The notes under the pieces: generated by a model | What the model was told of the DNA's origin: nothing | What the model saw: only the letters and a program-made list of their open reading frames with translations | Databases searched by the model: none | Translations under genes and position numbers: made by a program | Source of the DNA: an uncultured bacterium | GTDB lineage: Bacteria; Patescibacteriota; Patescibacteriia; CAIQCM01 | Length of the DNA stretch: 64,000 nucleotides | NCBI GenBank assembly: GCA_963708045.1 | Contig: OY970181.1 | Span: forward strand, 779,537 to 843,536 | Reading direction: 5' to 3' | In this document: positions 9,405 through 18,405 of the stretch, piece by piece | Position numbering within the stretch: position 1 is the first letter of the stretch | Layout of the letters: every line of letters starts with the position of its first letter

Positions 9405-10659
9405 ATCTTTTTATGATTAGGGTACAAAAGACGGGATCGATTTCACACAGAAAGGCGCGGCGCTTCATCTGCTCGCAACAGGAAAGAGTAGAGCCAGAAC
9501 CGCCGAATAAGTCCAAGACAGTATCGCCGGGTTTGGTACAACGGCGCATGGCTTTTTCATGAAGTGTCGTTGGTTTTTCCGTCGGGTGCTCGTAGTCTTG
9601 CGCCGGAAGACGTTTGACGAGCCAGATGTTAAAGAGATCGATAATGTCGTCGATGGCGCGATTACCACTCGCGACTTCTTTATTCAACACCTCGTTAAGG
9701 TTTTGTATGCGTGGTACAAGGAACGGTTTGCCGCGTGTGCCATAGACGCAAGGCTCGTATGCCTTGTTGAACGCGACTTGCGGAGTCATATTAAAGTTAT
9801 TTTTGACCCAAAGGCAGACGCGTCGATTAACAATGCCTAGTTCCTCGTATAAACTCTGAACCAATCCGATACTCGCTTCGTCGCACCAGAAGAAAACATG
9901 CGTATTCGGTTTTGCGACCGCAAGACCATTTTCCATCGCTCGCTTTAAGAATAGGCGATAGTCAGCATGCGTCTTTTTATCGTTTGTTTCACCGCCGTAT
10001 TTTCCTGATGTGCTGATGCCTTTGCTGTAATCAAGGGAAATGTTATACGGAGGGTCGCTGTAGATCATGTCGATTTGGTTTTTGCCTACCAATCGTTTAA
10101 TCAACTTCGGGTCGGTTGAGTCGGAACACAGCAAGGTATGGCTTCCCAGCCGATACATTTCGTCCAGCTTAACGGTTGGTTTTTTAATCGCGGCAAGTTC
10201 CTTTTCAGTATCAAAATCGTCGTCCTCGGCTTCAAGCGAATCGTCCCAGACATTACCCAAGTCGATATCGTCGAAACCAGCATCAAGAAGCATTTCGATA
10301 TCAAACTCCTTGAGCATCTCAAAGTCCCATGATCCGTGAGCGCGATTTAGCGTTAGATTCAACGCCTTTTCTTTTTCGATATTCGGTATGTTCACGAAGA
10401 CCGCCGGAATTTCGGTGATGCCAAGTTCCTTTGCGCAGGCAACCCGCATATGGCCACCGATTAGGACGCCTTTCCGCGCAGGCGCGGAATTGACCAGCAC
10501 AGGATCAACTAACCCGTACTTTAAGATGCTTTCTTTTAACGTCGCCTTTTCGGACTCTGACCATTTTCTGGGGTTATAGATGGCCGGTTGTAACGATCCG
10601 ATCGGGATATATTGAACGGCGATTTTTGTGTCGTCGTGAGTTAGTATATTTTTTGGCAT
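9364..10659 (-). CDS. ParB-like nuclease domain fused to DNA methyltransferase (phage-type ParB-MTase)
   Basis: N-terminal ParB/Srx-like segment 'IPIGSLQPAIYNPRKW...GGHMRVACAKELG'. It is followed by 'MIYSDPPYNISLDY' and 'DLFGGSGSTLSCCEQMKRRAFLCE' MTase motifs. The track start (10725) is a TTG. The first ATG is at 10659. Confidence 0.8.
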   Translation of the reverse strand: MPKNILTHDDTKIAVQYIPIGSLQPAIYNPRKWSESEKATLKESILKYGLVDPVLVNSAPARKGVLIGGHMRVACAKELGITEIPAVFVNIPNIEKEKALNLTLNRAHGSWDFEMLKEFDIEMLLDAGFDDIDLGNVWDDSLEAEDDDFDTEKELAAIKKPTVKLDEMYRLGSHTLLCSDSTDPKLIKRLVGKNQIDMIYSDPPYNISLDYSKGISTSGKYGGETNDKKTHADYRLFLKRAMENGLAVAKPNTHVFFWCDEASIGLVQSLYEELGIVNRRVCLWVKNNFNMTPQVAFNKAYEPCVYGTRGKPFLVPRIQNLNEVLNKEVASGNRAIDDIIDLFNIWLVKRLPAQDYEHPTEKPTTLHEKAMRRCTKPGDTVLDLFGGSGSTLSCCEQMKRRAFLCEIDPVFCTLIIKRYEALTKNKAVRIG

Positions 10660-10701
10660 ATTTTTAGAAGAGATATGAAGAGTAAGCACAGAAATAAAAA
10701 T

Positions 10702-10763
10702 GCCCACCTCGCGGAGATGAGTCAAAATCTAAAAAGACTTTGGTTAATCTCTGCGAAGTGGGC
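10702..10763 (-). terminator. long stem-loop (17-bp imperfect stem) followed by a T-run on the minus strand
   Basis: 'gcccacctcgcggagat' (10702-10718) pairs with 'atctctgcgaagtgggc' (10747-10763) with 2 mismatches. On the minus strand the stem is followed by 'attttta ttt'. It lies between the 149-aa minus-strand ORF and the ParB-MTase gene. Confidence 0.35.
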
Positions 10764-10874
10764 ACGACCGAGGCAAAGCCTCTTCGGCGCGTTTACGCGC
10801 CTTCTACCGCTCGCGGACGGAATTAGCTATACGCCACAATTTGTTACCGAGGAAAAGAACTTAACTCTATTTAA

Positions 10875-11324
10875 TCACATGATGCCCTGTCGTTTCAAGG
10901 CCGCATACTTTTCAATCGCGTCTTTACCTAGAAGTATCGGAAGGTTTTGCGGGATAAATAGACGAACTTTTTTCCCGTTTTTTTCTGCCTTTTCCATCAC
11001 TTCCTTTAGTCCCTCGTCAAAAGGAAATACGAAGGTGAATGTTCTCCCGTCGCTATCTTTCTTTGGCCTAATCGCATTGTTCACATATGTCCTCCCAGGT
11101 CTCCCGGAACGGATTGAACTTTCCAGCCCGCGCGAGAATAATTTCGGGTTACAGACTGGATTAGTATGCAGAGTAATATCAGTTATGAAGATGTGTACTT
11201 CTTTTTCGGTCTCAGTTACGGTAGGACCACTAATTTTATGGTTATCCTTTTGGGGGATTGGGGTCGGGTTTCCCATAGGTATTACGTTCGCGGATTTTTC
11301 CGCCACGATCATGAATAAATACAT
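10875..11324 (-). CDS. hypothetical protein (149 aa)
   Basis: Minus-strand ORF co-oriented with its neighbours. Non-repetitive composition. It overlaps the DUF2188 gene 3' end, so the start is uncertain. The competing + strand ORF 10675..11460 looks non-coding. Confidence 0.3.
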   Translation of the reverse strand: MYLFMIVAEKSANVIPMGNPTPIPQKDNHKISGPTVTETEKEVHIFITDITLHTNPVCNPKLFSRGLESSIRSGRPGRTYVNNAIRPKKDSDGRTFTFVFPFDEGLKEVMEKAEKNGKKVRLFIPQNLPILLGKDAIEKYAALKRQGIM

Positions 11325-11463
11325 CGCCGCCTTGGTTTATCGCGATGTCTTTGGCGATCTCAAACGCTTCTGCCTGAGTATCGGCGACTTTAGTGTCGCG
11401 CGTAGCACCTTCTTTTCGCACCGCCCATCCATCGTCGCGTTGAACCACATGTTGGTTTGACAT
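11242..11463 (-). CDS. DUF2188-family small protein
   Basis: 'NQHVVQRDDGWAVRKEGATRDTKVADTQAEAFEIAKDIAINQGGDVFIHDRGGKIRERNTYGKPDPNPPKG' resembles the conserved DUF2188 pattern (HVVP..DGWAV..EG..R..K.F.TK.EA...A..IA.NQ..EL.IH..DG.I....SYG.DP.PPKD). This is matched from memory, not from a search. Confidence 0.65.
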   Translation of the reverse strand: MSNQHVVQRDDGWAVRKEGATRDTKVADTQAEAFEIAKDIAINQGGDVFIHDRGGKIRERNTYGKPDPNPPKG

Positions 11464-11464
11464 A

Positions 11465-11782
11465 TCAGAGAGTTTTTAGCTGTTCGTTATATTTAGGACT
11501 GAAGCGCCTAATTTCGTTTGCCTCAAGTGCGATTGCTTCAGTAGCTGAACCACAGACCGTGAAATTGAAGTGTGTGACATCTGGCCAGTAATCATCCGTA
11601 AGGTGCTGAAGCAAGCGTCCGCGAATTCCGCCATCGGCAACCGATCTCCCGATGTAGTAAGGGACGACGCCGCTACCATCTCGAATCGGAATTCCGCAGT
11701 AGTAGATGCCGATGGCGCTGGAGTTCCAGTCGGTTAAGGTCTGTTTGTTGTATAAATATGGTCCTTTATAGTGATTTCCCAT
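11465..11782 (-). CDS. GIY-YIG nuclease domain protein
   Basis: 'GIYYCG...PYYIGRS...RLLQH...EANEI' gives the GIY / YIG / R / E order of the GIY-YIG catalytic core. Confidence 0.7.
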   Translation of the reverse strand: MGNHYKGPYLYNKQTLTDWNSSAIGIYYCGIPIRDGSGVVPYYIGRSVADGGIRGRLLQHLTDDYWPDVTHFNFTVCGSATEAIALEANEIRRFSPKYNEQLKTL

Positions 11783-12019
11783 AGAAATGGGGTTAATGTT
11801 AGTCCAACCCCATTTCTACTCGGAGACAAGCGATGTTGTTTAAGAGTAATTTCCGGGGGTGGTATTGGTTATATACTGACTTCGCCCATAAGACCCTTGA
11901 TTGTTTTTCAAGGCTTTGATATTTGGCTAGTTATTATAGATAAAACGTCTTTTCGCTGTGCAACGGCGATTAGGCGGTGGGTAATATTAGAATATATCCT
12001 AGAATGACGCAATATGTTC

Positions 12020-12048
12020 TTGACCTAACTTATCCACAGTGCTATGAT
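12020..12048 (+). promoter_or_regulatory. sigma70-like promoter TTGACC-N17-TATGAT; the predicted TSS lies only a few nt before the ATG (leaderless-type)
   Basis: 'ttgacc' at 12020-12025, an exact 17-nt spacer, 'tatgat' at 12043-12048, and the ATG at 12058. A small palindrome 'ttagctaa' lies between the -10 and the ATG. Confidence 0.5.
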
Positions 12049-12057
12049 TAGCTAATT

Positions 12058-12663
12058 ATGAACAACCTCCACCGAACGCAGTCTAAGCTCTTGGAACTCC
12101 TTAAGGAGAACCAGACAGAGCCATTGACCATGATGGAGCTGAAGGAAGAAATGAGCCTCTCGTCCACGAGCGTGGTTTTTCACCATATACGCCAACTAGA
12201 GAAGAAAGGTCTTTTACGTCGTAACCCGGCAAACCCTAACGACTATCAGGTACTCTCGGAAGACGATAAAGATAAAAAGATTGCTTATTTAAATTTATAC
12301 GGTTTGGCCCAATGCGGTCCTCATGGAACCATCTTAGAAGATACGCCGGTTGATCGAATTCCTATTTCAACACAGATACTTGGTTTTTCGTCCACCGATG
12401 CGTTTTTGGTTCGCGCACGTGGTAACTCGATGGTGCCGAAAATATACAATAACGATCTTGTTATCGTAAAGAAGACTGAAAATATAAACGATGGCGATGT
12501 TGCCGTATGTGTAAATGAAGGTGAGGCTCTAATTAAGAAGGTAAGAAAGATAGACTCAAAAATATTTTTATTTTCTGAAAATCACGAATTTGAATCTTTT
12601 CCAGCGAGCGATGATTTCCGCGTTGTTGGCGTGGTAAGAGGTGTGCTTTCCTACACGATCTAA
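12058..12663 (+). CDS. LexA/CI-like transcriptional repressor (HTH + S24 peptidase domain)
   Basis: N-terminal winged-HTH 'MMELKEEMSLSSTSVVFHHIRQLEKKGLL'. The C-terminal S24 domain has 'GNSMVP' (Ser nucleophile) and a downstream Lys ('LIKKV'). Confidence 0.8.
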   Translation: MNNLHRTQSKLLELLKENQTEPLTMMELKEEMSLSSTSVVFHHIRQLEKKGLLRRNPANPNDYQVLSEDDKDKKIAYLNLYGLAQCGPHGTILEDTPVDRIPISTQILGFSSTDAFLVRARGNSMVPKIYNNDLVIVKKTENINDGDVAVCVNEGEALIKKVRKIDSKIFLFSENHEFESFPASDDFRVVGVVRGVLSYTI

Positions 12664-12676
12664 TAAATTTGTATTT

Positions 12677-13336
12677 ATGTCCTTTGAAAAACCGATTTCG
12701 AAAAAGATAGGGCGTAATGATCCTTGTTTTTGCGAATCGGGCAAGAAATATAAAAAATGTTGTTGGTTAGACGGAATTAAAATTACATCGACAGAAATAG
12801 GTAAGCATGGCCCGCCGCAGTCAATCGAAAAATATGTAGTCGATTTTTGTAAGACTATTTCCAACGATGATCCATTTTACATGGGGGTAGAGTCAGGAGC
12901 CGATGATGAACCGCTGGATTGTTTTAATAACGTTCGAAAATATATAACAAAAAGTGGCGGGGACATGATGCTGGGCTGGCAAATATGGGAATGGTATGGA
13001 TTTATGATTGAGGCAGAGTTCCATGCAGTTTGGAAAACCACCGACGGTGAATTAAAAGATGTGACGCCGAAACCTATACCTTTCGATCGGGTTTTGTTTT
13101 TGCCAGACGCGTCTCTGGAATACGATGAAACTCAAATTAATAATAAACGTTTCGCTCTATCTAAAGATATTCGCGTAACGGAATACATTAACCTGTGCGA
13201 AGAGGAATTTAAAATTAAAAATTTAGGCGAGAGAGCTAAGAAATACGATGGCCTCAATTTTTCTGCAGACGAGATTAAGCGTCTAGAAGAAATATTTCAG
13301 CGTCGTATTGAAATTGAACATGAATTGGTACAATAA
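12677..13336 (+). CDS. SEC-C motif (SecA C-terminal zinc-binding-like) domain protein
   Basis: 'RNDPCFCESGKKYKKCC' is the SEC-C metal-binding motif. The track start (12641) overlaps the upstream gene. The ATG at 12677 ('MSFEKPI') is preferred. Confidence 0.55.
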   Translation: MSFEKPISKKIGRNDPCFCESGKKYKKCCWLDGIKITSTEIGKHGPPQSIEKYVVDFCKTISNDDPFYMGVESGADDEPLDCFNNVRKYITKSGGDMMLGWQIWEWYGFMIEAEFHAVWKTTDGELKDVTPKPIPFDRVLFLPDASLEYDETQINNKRFALSKDIRVTEYINLCEEEFKIKNLGERAKKYDGLNFSADEIKRLEEIFQRRIEIEHELVQ

Positions 13337-13814
13337 AGTCTTAAAAGTTGTAGTCAAGGAACAGGTAACGATAGCGACATTCACAGTTACCGCGTTGTCC
13401 GGCGTACTCACATGGCGGTATGGCTTCCATCATGCTTTCGCATGGCAAAATATTACGCCGATATCCGCACCGGAGCTATTCGAGCGTGTGATTTACAGCG
13501 CATTGGTATTCGTGAGTATCGGGGCTTTTCTTTACTGGGCTAAGTTTTATAAGTGGTTGCATGGGGTAATCGTTATTGGTCTCGAAGACCGATGGCTCTA
13601 CAGGAAAGTAAAGGCGATTATCTGGGGTATCTTGATGCTGGTCATGTATTTTTGGATCGTTCCGACCGTCGTAAATATCTTAAATTTTGTGGTTTCACTA
13701 ATATACAACCTCTTAAACTTTGCGATATATCTTTTCCCGCCAATTGGTTGTGCTGTTATAGTCACCGGTTTGGCGGGTATATTCGTTCTACGTAAGGGGA
13801 ATCTGCACGATTAA
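13308..13814 (+). CDS. hypothetical polytopic membrane protein
   Basis: Three to four hydrophobic helices. No motif. An alternative start lies at 13320. Confidence 0.4.
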   Translation: MKLNMNWYNKVLKVVVKEQVTIATFTVTALSGVLTWRYGFHHAFAWQNITPISAPELFERVIYSALVFVSIGAFLYWAKFYKWLHGVIVIGLEDRWLYRKVKAIIWGILMLVMYFWIVPTVVNILNFVVSLIYNLLNFAIYLFPPIGCAVIVTGLAGIFVLRKGNLHD

Positions 13815-13825
13815 GATATAAGATT

Positions 13826-14545
13826 ATGAAATATTTGAAGAAATTGCACCTATTATGTTTTTCAATAGAAGAAATAAAACAACTTCTAAGTGATGAATTT
13901 AAAAGGATCGTATTTGATGGTCTCGGTAAACAACAGATTGACTTAACCGCTTTTCGCAAAAACCGCAAGGCCATGGAAGATTTTGTTTCCGATTTGGTGA
14001 GAAAGAACAGTAAACGAAAAGAATTCGTCAAACTGTTTTATGCTACTGATTTGGCTGATTCCGTTTATGTGTCTAATGATACCTTGGTCTGTTTTGAATT
14101 AAAGAAAACCATACAACCAAATTCTATTCCAATCCCCAATAATTATCAGGAATTGATTGATATCTTAGAGGAGAATACGCCCGTTGATTTTGCCATCTCA
14201 AACAAAGAGGGGCTTAGGCAATTTCAGTTGAAACAATATAAAGATTTATTAGAAACCGAAAAAGTTGCCGAATTCATAAAGAAAAAGCTCAAGACTTACG
14301 GAAACCTTGGACAAATTAATTTGTTGGTCGTGCTTCAGGGGCGCGATAACGATGGTTCCACAATTGTTCCTGTTAATATTGATTTTGATAAAGTTTATAA
14401 CCACTTAAAAGATGGAAAATTTAAAATAGCCGCGGAAGTCTTAATCGCAATGAACGACCGAAATGAGGAACAGACATTCACTCAAGTTTATCCAAAATTG
14501 AATCGATTCAGAAAAAAGATTTCAATGTCTAGCTCGCGGTGGTGA
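13826..14545 (+). CDS. hypothetical protein (239 aa)
   Basis: Clean ORF with no competitors. No recognisable motif. Confidence 0.45.
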   Translation: MKYLKKLHLLCFSIEEIKQLLSDEFKRIVFDGLGKQQIDLTAFRKNRKAMEDFVSDLVRKNSKRKEFVKLFYATDLADSVYVSNDTLVCFELKKTIQPNSIPIPNNYQELIDILEENTPVDFAISNKEGLRQFQLKQYKDLLETEKVAEFIKKKLKTYGNLGQINLLVVLQGRDNDGSTIVPVNIDFDKVYNHLKDGKFKIAAEVLIAMNDRNEEQTFTQVYPKLNRFRKKISMSSSRW

Positions 14546-14601
14546 AGTTGGGAATAATAAAAATGTTCAAGGTGTAATTAGCTAGATTCTATTAAAAACA
14601 T

Positions 14602-15156
14602 ATGTTCAAAAAAAGAATAATAAAGTATCGGAATATTCTAAAAAAATTACCTCTAATAATCCCTCTTTTTGCAATTGCAATAACACTGATTATAAATATT
14701 TGGAATTCCTATGCGAGTTTTAATGGGAGATTAAAGGTTTTACTTAGTGCTACGGTTTATAATAATGGCATTTTCAATACCGTGGAGTCGAGTATAAAAG
14801 ATGGAAGCTTCAATCAGAAAAATTTTTCTAGTAGTTTTAATATAGATATCTATAAAAATAATCTAGACTTATTAGGTTCGTTACGGGGTGATTGTATCGA
14901 GACATATTTTCAACTAATCGCGCGCATGGATGGTATTAATCGTAAGAATGATAAACTTTGGGATTTATATATACAAGAAGGTCTTATTTTTGAAAGTAAT
15001 CAATGGAAAAATACAAAAGAACGTCAAGAAGGTTTGCAAAATGATTTAAAAAAAGAAGTACTCGAGGTTGTTTCTCTCTTTAATACGATTCACAAAAATT
15101 CAAACTGTGCATTTCGTACAAAAAACTTCCTAGGAATATTTTCCCCGGGATTATAA
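14602..15156 (+). CDS. hypothetical protein with N-terminal TM anchor (184 aa)
   Basis: N-terminal 'LPLIIPLFAIAITLIINIW' hydrophobic segment. No motif. Confidence 0.45.
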   Translation: MFKKRIIKYRNILKKLPLIIPLFAIAITLIINIWNSYASFNGRLKVLLSATVYNNGIFNTVESSIKDGSFNQKNFSSSFNIDIYKNNLDLLGSLRGDCIETYFQLIARMDGINRKNDKLWDLYIQEGLIFESNQWKNTKERQEGLQNDLKKEVLEVVSLFNTIHKNSNCAFRTKNFLGIFSPGL

Positions 15157-15222
15157 TACTAACAAGCGTGGGCAAGAGCTGGGCCATGTTTTTCCGGTGG
15201 CGAGCTGTCTATTATCGGGTAA

Positions 15223-16545
15223 ATGCTATTCATAACAATGCATTTTAAAATTCATATGCCCGGCCACATTGATACCGATATCCAATATTGCCTCTACGCG
15301 AGAAAAAGTACCGAATCGGAAGAACGCCAATCGCTATCAATAGAATCCCAGATTAAAGAAATGACCCGGGTCGCAGAACGTGATCGGTTGGTTATTAAAG
15401 AAATCAAACGCGAAAGCCGGTCGGCAAAATCACACGGCGGTCGTCAGGTTTTTAACGATCTCATCAACGAAATTAGCCAAGGTAAATTTACCGGCATCGT
15501 CGCTTGGTCGCCGGATCGGTTAAGTCGCAATGCAGGTGATTTAGGTGTCTTGGTAGATTTGATGGATGCTGGAAAGCTTTTAGAAATTCGGACTTTTAAC
15601 CAAAGATTTACAAATTCGCCAAACGAAAAGTTTTTACTCATGATCTTGGGTAGCCAGGCCAAACTTGAGAATGATAATCGGAGCGTTAACGTAAAGCGGG
15701 GGATGCGGGCGCGGGTTGAGATGGGGTTATGGCCGGGAGTGTCACCGCTGGGCTATCTTAATCAATACCGAACCGATAAGAAGTGCGAGATTATAGTTGA
15801 TGAAGCTCGTGCACCAATAATCAAGCAGATGTTCAAGAAAGTCGCCGACGAAAAATGGACAACGCGCGATATACATAAATGGCTTAAGGATACCGGTTTT
15901 AAAACTCGTGGAGATAAACCCCTCGCTTATAGCGGTGTGCAGCGAATGCTGACGAACTCTTTTTACTACGGAAGATTTGAATACCCAAGGAACAGCGGCA
16001 AATGGCATACCGGTAAACACGAGCCGATAATTACCAAAGATTTATTCGAACGGACACAACAAAGATACCGCCGCCTTTCTTATAAAAGTAAAGTAAGGGA
16101 ATTTTCATTCGTTCGGCTTTTTACCTGCGGCCTTTGCGGATCTGGAATATCCGCCAGCGAAAAGTTTAAAAATCTCAGCGACGGCACGGTTGCGCGTTAT
16201 ATTTATTACAACTGCAACCTCGGTAAAGATAGGTTTTGTAAAAATACATCTATTAGGGAGGAGGAGCTAATTAAGGAGTTGATTAAGGTTGTCGATACTG
16301 CCGAAATTGACGAACTTGGTATCCGTCATAAATTTGAAAATGAAGTTGAACGATTTGGAAAATTCAACAATTACATTCTCGGAAAACCTACTGATCTAAA
16401 GCCCGAAGAAATTGACATAAATATCCGCGCGTACGCCAAGTATGTCCTCATGGACGGATCAAAAAGCGAAAAACGAGAGCTGCTCGGCCACCTGCGAAGT
16501 CGCTTGGTTTATACGCACAAAAGGTTTAAGCTACTCCCGTCTTAA
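15223..16545 (+). CDS. large serine recombinase, paralog of the 456..1766 gene
   Basis: 'YCLYARKSTESEERQSLSIESQ', 'DRLSRN', and zinc ribbon 'CGLCGSG...YYNCNLGKDRFC'. It aligns by eye along its whole length with the first recombinase (roughly half identical). Orientation is inverted relative to the first. Confidence 0.9.
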   Translation: MLFITMHFKIHMPGHIDTDIQYCLYARKSTESEERQSLSIESQIKEMTRVAERDRLVIKEIKRESRSAKSHGGRQVFNDLINEISQGKFTGIVAWSPDRLSRNAGDLGVLVDLMDAGKLLEIRTFNQRFTNSPNEKFLLMILGSQAKLENDNRSVNVKRGMRARVEMGLWPGVSPLGYLNQYRTDKKCEIIVDEARAPIIKQMFKKVADEKWTTRDIHKWLKDTGFKTRGDKPLAYSGVQRMLTNSFYYGRFEYPRNSGKWHTGKHEPIITKDLFERTQQRYRRLSYKSKVREFSFVRLFTCGLCGSGISASEKFKNLSDGTVARYIYYNCNLGKDRFCKNTSIREEELIKELIKVVDTAEIDELGIRHKFENEVERFGKFNNYILGKPTDLKPEEIDINIRAYAKYVLMDGSKSEKRELLGHLRSRLVYTHKRFKLLPS

Positions 16546-16555
16546 GATCACATAT

Positions 16556-17452
16556 ATGTGTTTGTTATCAAAAGACATAGTAAAATCCGTTTTTAGTGAT
16601 AATTTTCCTTTAGTAAAAACGAATAGAGAATTGGAGGCGCTAATCAATGCGAATACCTGTTTTGATTCATCATATGTTTCATCGGGATGTATTTCAAATA
16701 GAAAAGAAAAAATTGATGCACTCTGGCCTATTTTTAAGCCGTATGCTGATAAAGATTTTTTAAATCAAATACGTTTAGATTTTGATCAAAGGTGTTGGGA
16801 AATGTATTTGGCTAATTTATTTAACGGTCATTTTGACATCTCGGCGAGCAATAATAATCATGGACCAGATTTTATTTTAAATAAACAAATTTGTGTTGAG
16901 GCCACCGTATGTAATCATGGCGAGGGTTCGGACAGGGTTCCTGAGATTCGCATAGCAGATTTTACAAAAGGTGAACATCCAATCGTGCAAACGATTCCAG
17001 AAAAAGAAATGATTTTAAGAATAACCTCCGCGATTAGTGAAAAGTTAACACAATATAGTCGGTGGCTGGGTAGTATCTCGTCAATAAATGAGCAATCGCC
17101 ATTTGTGATTGCGATAAACATGGGTAGTTTGGGGTTTCCAAGTCCGGGAGATTTACCGTTTATTTTGAAACCTTTGTTTGGAATTGGCCATAGGCAGTTT
17201 CAGAAGGACTCCGATTGTTTATTGGATTGTGGTTGGAGTTTCCGTCCAACTACCGTTAAAAAAAATGGCTCGCAAGTTAACACTTGCATCTTTGATGATG
17301 GACAATATGCGGCAATAAGCGCCATTTTATTTTCGGGAACGCGGGTTCTCGATCACCCACAGACTATTGGAACGGATTGCATTGTTGTTCGTAACCTCAA
17401 TGCGAAGAATCCGATTAATCCAGAGATTTTTTCCTTTCTTCGTGTTTATTAA
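16556..17452 (+). CDS. hypothetical protein (298 aa)
   Basis: ATG 11 nt after the recombinase stop (the track start 16442 overlaps the recombinase). No confident motif. Confidence 0.45.
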   Translation: MCLLSKDIVKSVFSDNFPLVKTNRELEALINANTCFDSSYVSSGCISNRKEKIDALWPIFKPYADKDFLNQIRLDFDQRCWEMYLANLFNGHFDISASNNNHGPDFILNKQICVEATVCNHGEGSDRVPEIRIADFTKGEHPIVQTIPEKEMILRITSAISEKLTQYSRWLGSISSINEQSPFVIAINMGSLGFPSPGDLPFILKPLFGIGHRQFQKDSDCLLDCGWSFRPTTVKKNGSQVNTCIFDDGQYAAISAILFSGTRVLDHPQTIGTDCIVVRNLNAKNPINPEIFSFLRVY

Positions 17453-17713
17453 TTTTTTCTTTTAAATCCTTATTTTTTTGATGGTAAGACACTACCCGCG
17501 AGACAGTCAAAACACCCTCGTTCTGTGTCTTTTTTGTCTCACGGTGACCCTCAAAACCGATGAGACCTAGGTGCCTCAAACTCTATCTTAAATACCCCAT
17601 AAAGGTTGAGCAAAATTCGGTTCAGTACCCACCCTGCGAGCCAGGAAAATTTCTTATCGTGCATACCCGCTTGCCCATGGCGACGGGGGTACCCGATTGG
17701 GTCTTGTCCGATA

Positions 17714-17741
17714 GACAAAACCGCCGAAAGGCGGTTTTGTC
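17714..17741. terminator. perfect 12-bp stem / GAAA tetraloop hairpin inside an ORF-free structured region
   Basis: 'gacaaaaccgcc' 'gaaa' 'ggcggttttgtc' is perfectly complementary. It lies within the 417-bp ORF-poor region 17460-17876. Confidence 0.5.
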
Positions 17742-17876
17742 GTATTGTCGTGGCGATTTTTTATACAGTCACCATTTTTTAGGACAAATGCGTGTCTCGG
17801 TTGCGCACGGAAGACGGTTGGGTGATAATGGAAGGGTCGAGAAAAAAATGATAAATACGGACCAGAGCATAAAGTT

Positions 17877-18401
17877 ATGTTAAGCAAAAAGGCATACATC
17901 GCCATGCGGGGTAAATATACACCAAAAAAGATAAGGGTGATTTTTGTTTTGGAGTCACCGCCCGAATCTGGAAAGTATTTTTATAATTTGAACGGAAAAA
18001 TTTCAGAACCCCTTTTTAGAGCAATGATGGGGTTAATCGGATGCAAGTCGTCCGATAAATCTTTAGGTTTGGCTGGATTTGTTAAGAGTGGATTTATTAT
18101 AGTCGATGCGACTTATGTGCCAGTAAATCACAGCAGAAACATAAGAGAACGCAATCAAGTTATATTGGAATCGTATCCAGACCTCGTTAAAGATTTACGG
18201 GCTGTTACTAAGAATAAAAAGACGCCTATTATTTTGGTTAAAGCGAATATCTGCGAACTTCTGGCCAATCCACTCAAGGCAGATGGTTTTAATGTTATAA
18301 ATGATGGAGTCAGAATTCCGTTTCCGGCATCAGGCCAGCAGACAAGGTTTCGAGAACGGGTTGCTGTGGTTTTTAAGAAAGCGGCACTAACCAAAAAATA
18401 A
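17877..18401 (+). CDS. hypothetical protein (174 aa)
   Basis: Clean ORF. 'VIFVLESPPESGKYFY' N-terminal segment. No confident family assignment. Confidence 0.45.
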   Translation: MLSKKAYIAMRGKYTPKKIRVIFVLESPPESGKYFYNLNGKISEPLFRAMMGLIGCKSSDKSLGLAGFVKSGFIIVDATYVPVNHSRNIRERNQVILESYPDLVKDLRAVTKNKKTPIILVKANICELLANPLKADGFNVINDGVRIPFPASGQQTRFRERVAVVFKKAALTKK

Positions 18402-18405
18402 AAAT

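Noticed and set aside
10675-11460. 261-aa plus-strand ORF.
   Set aside because: It overlaps the DUF2188 gene and the 149-aa minus-strand ORF. Its translation is low-complexity (Ser/Phe/Leu-rich), and all neighbours are minus-strand.
17560-17905. 107-aa (+) and 83-aa (-) ORFs.
   Set aside because: They overlap each other in the structured ORF-poor region, have Arg/Pro/Cys-rich odd composition, and the region contains a perfect 12-bp hairpin. The region is treated as candidate ncRNA instead.
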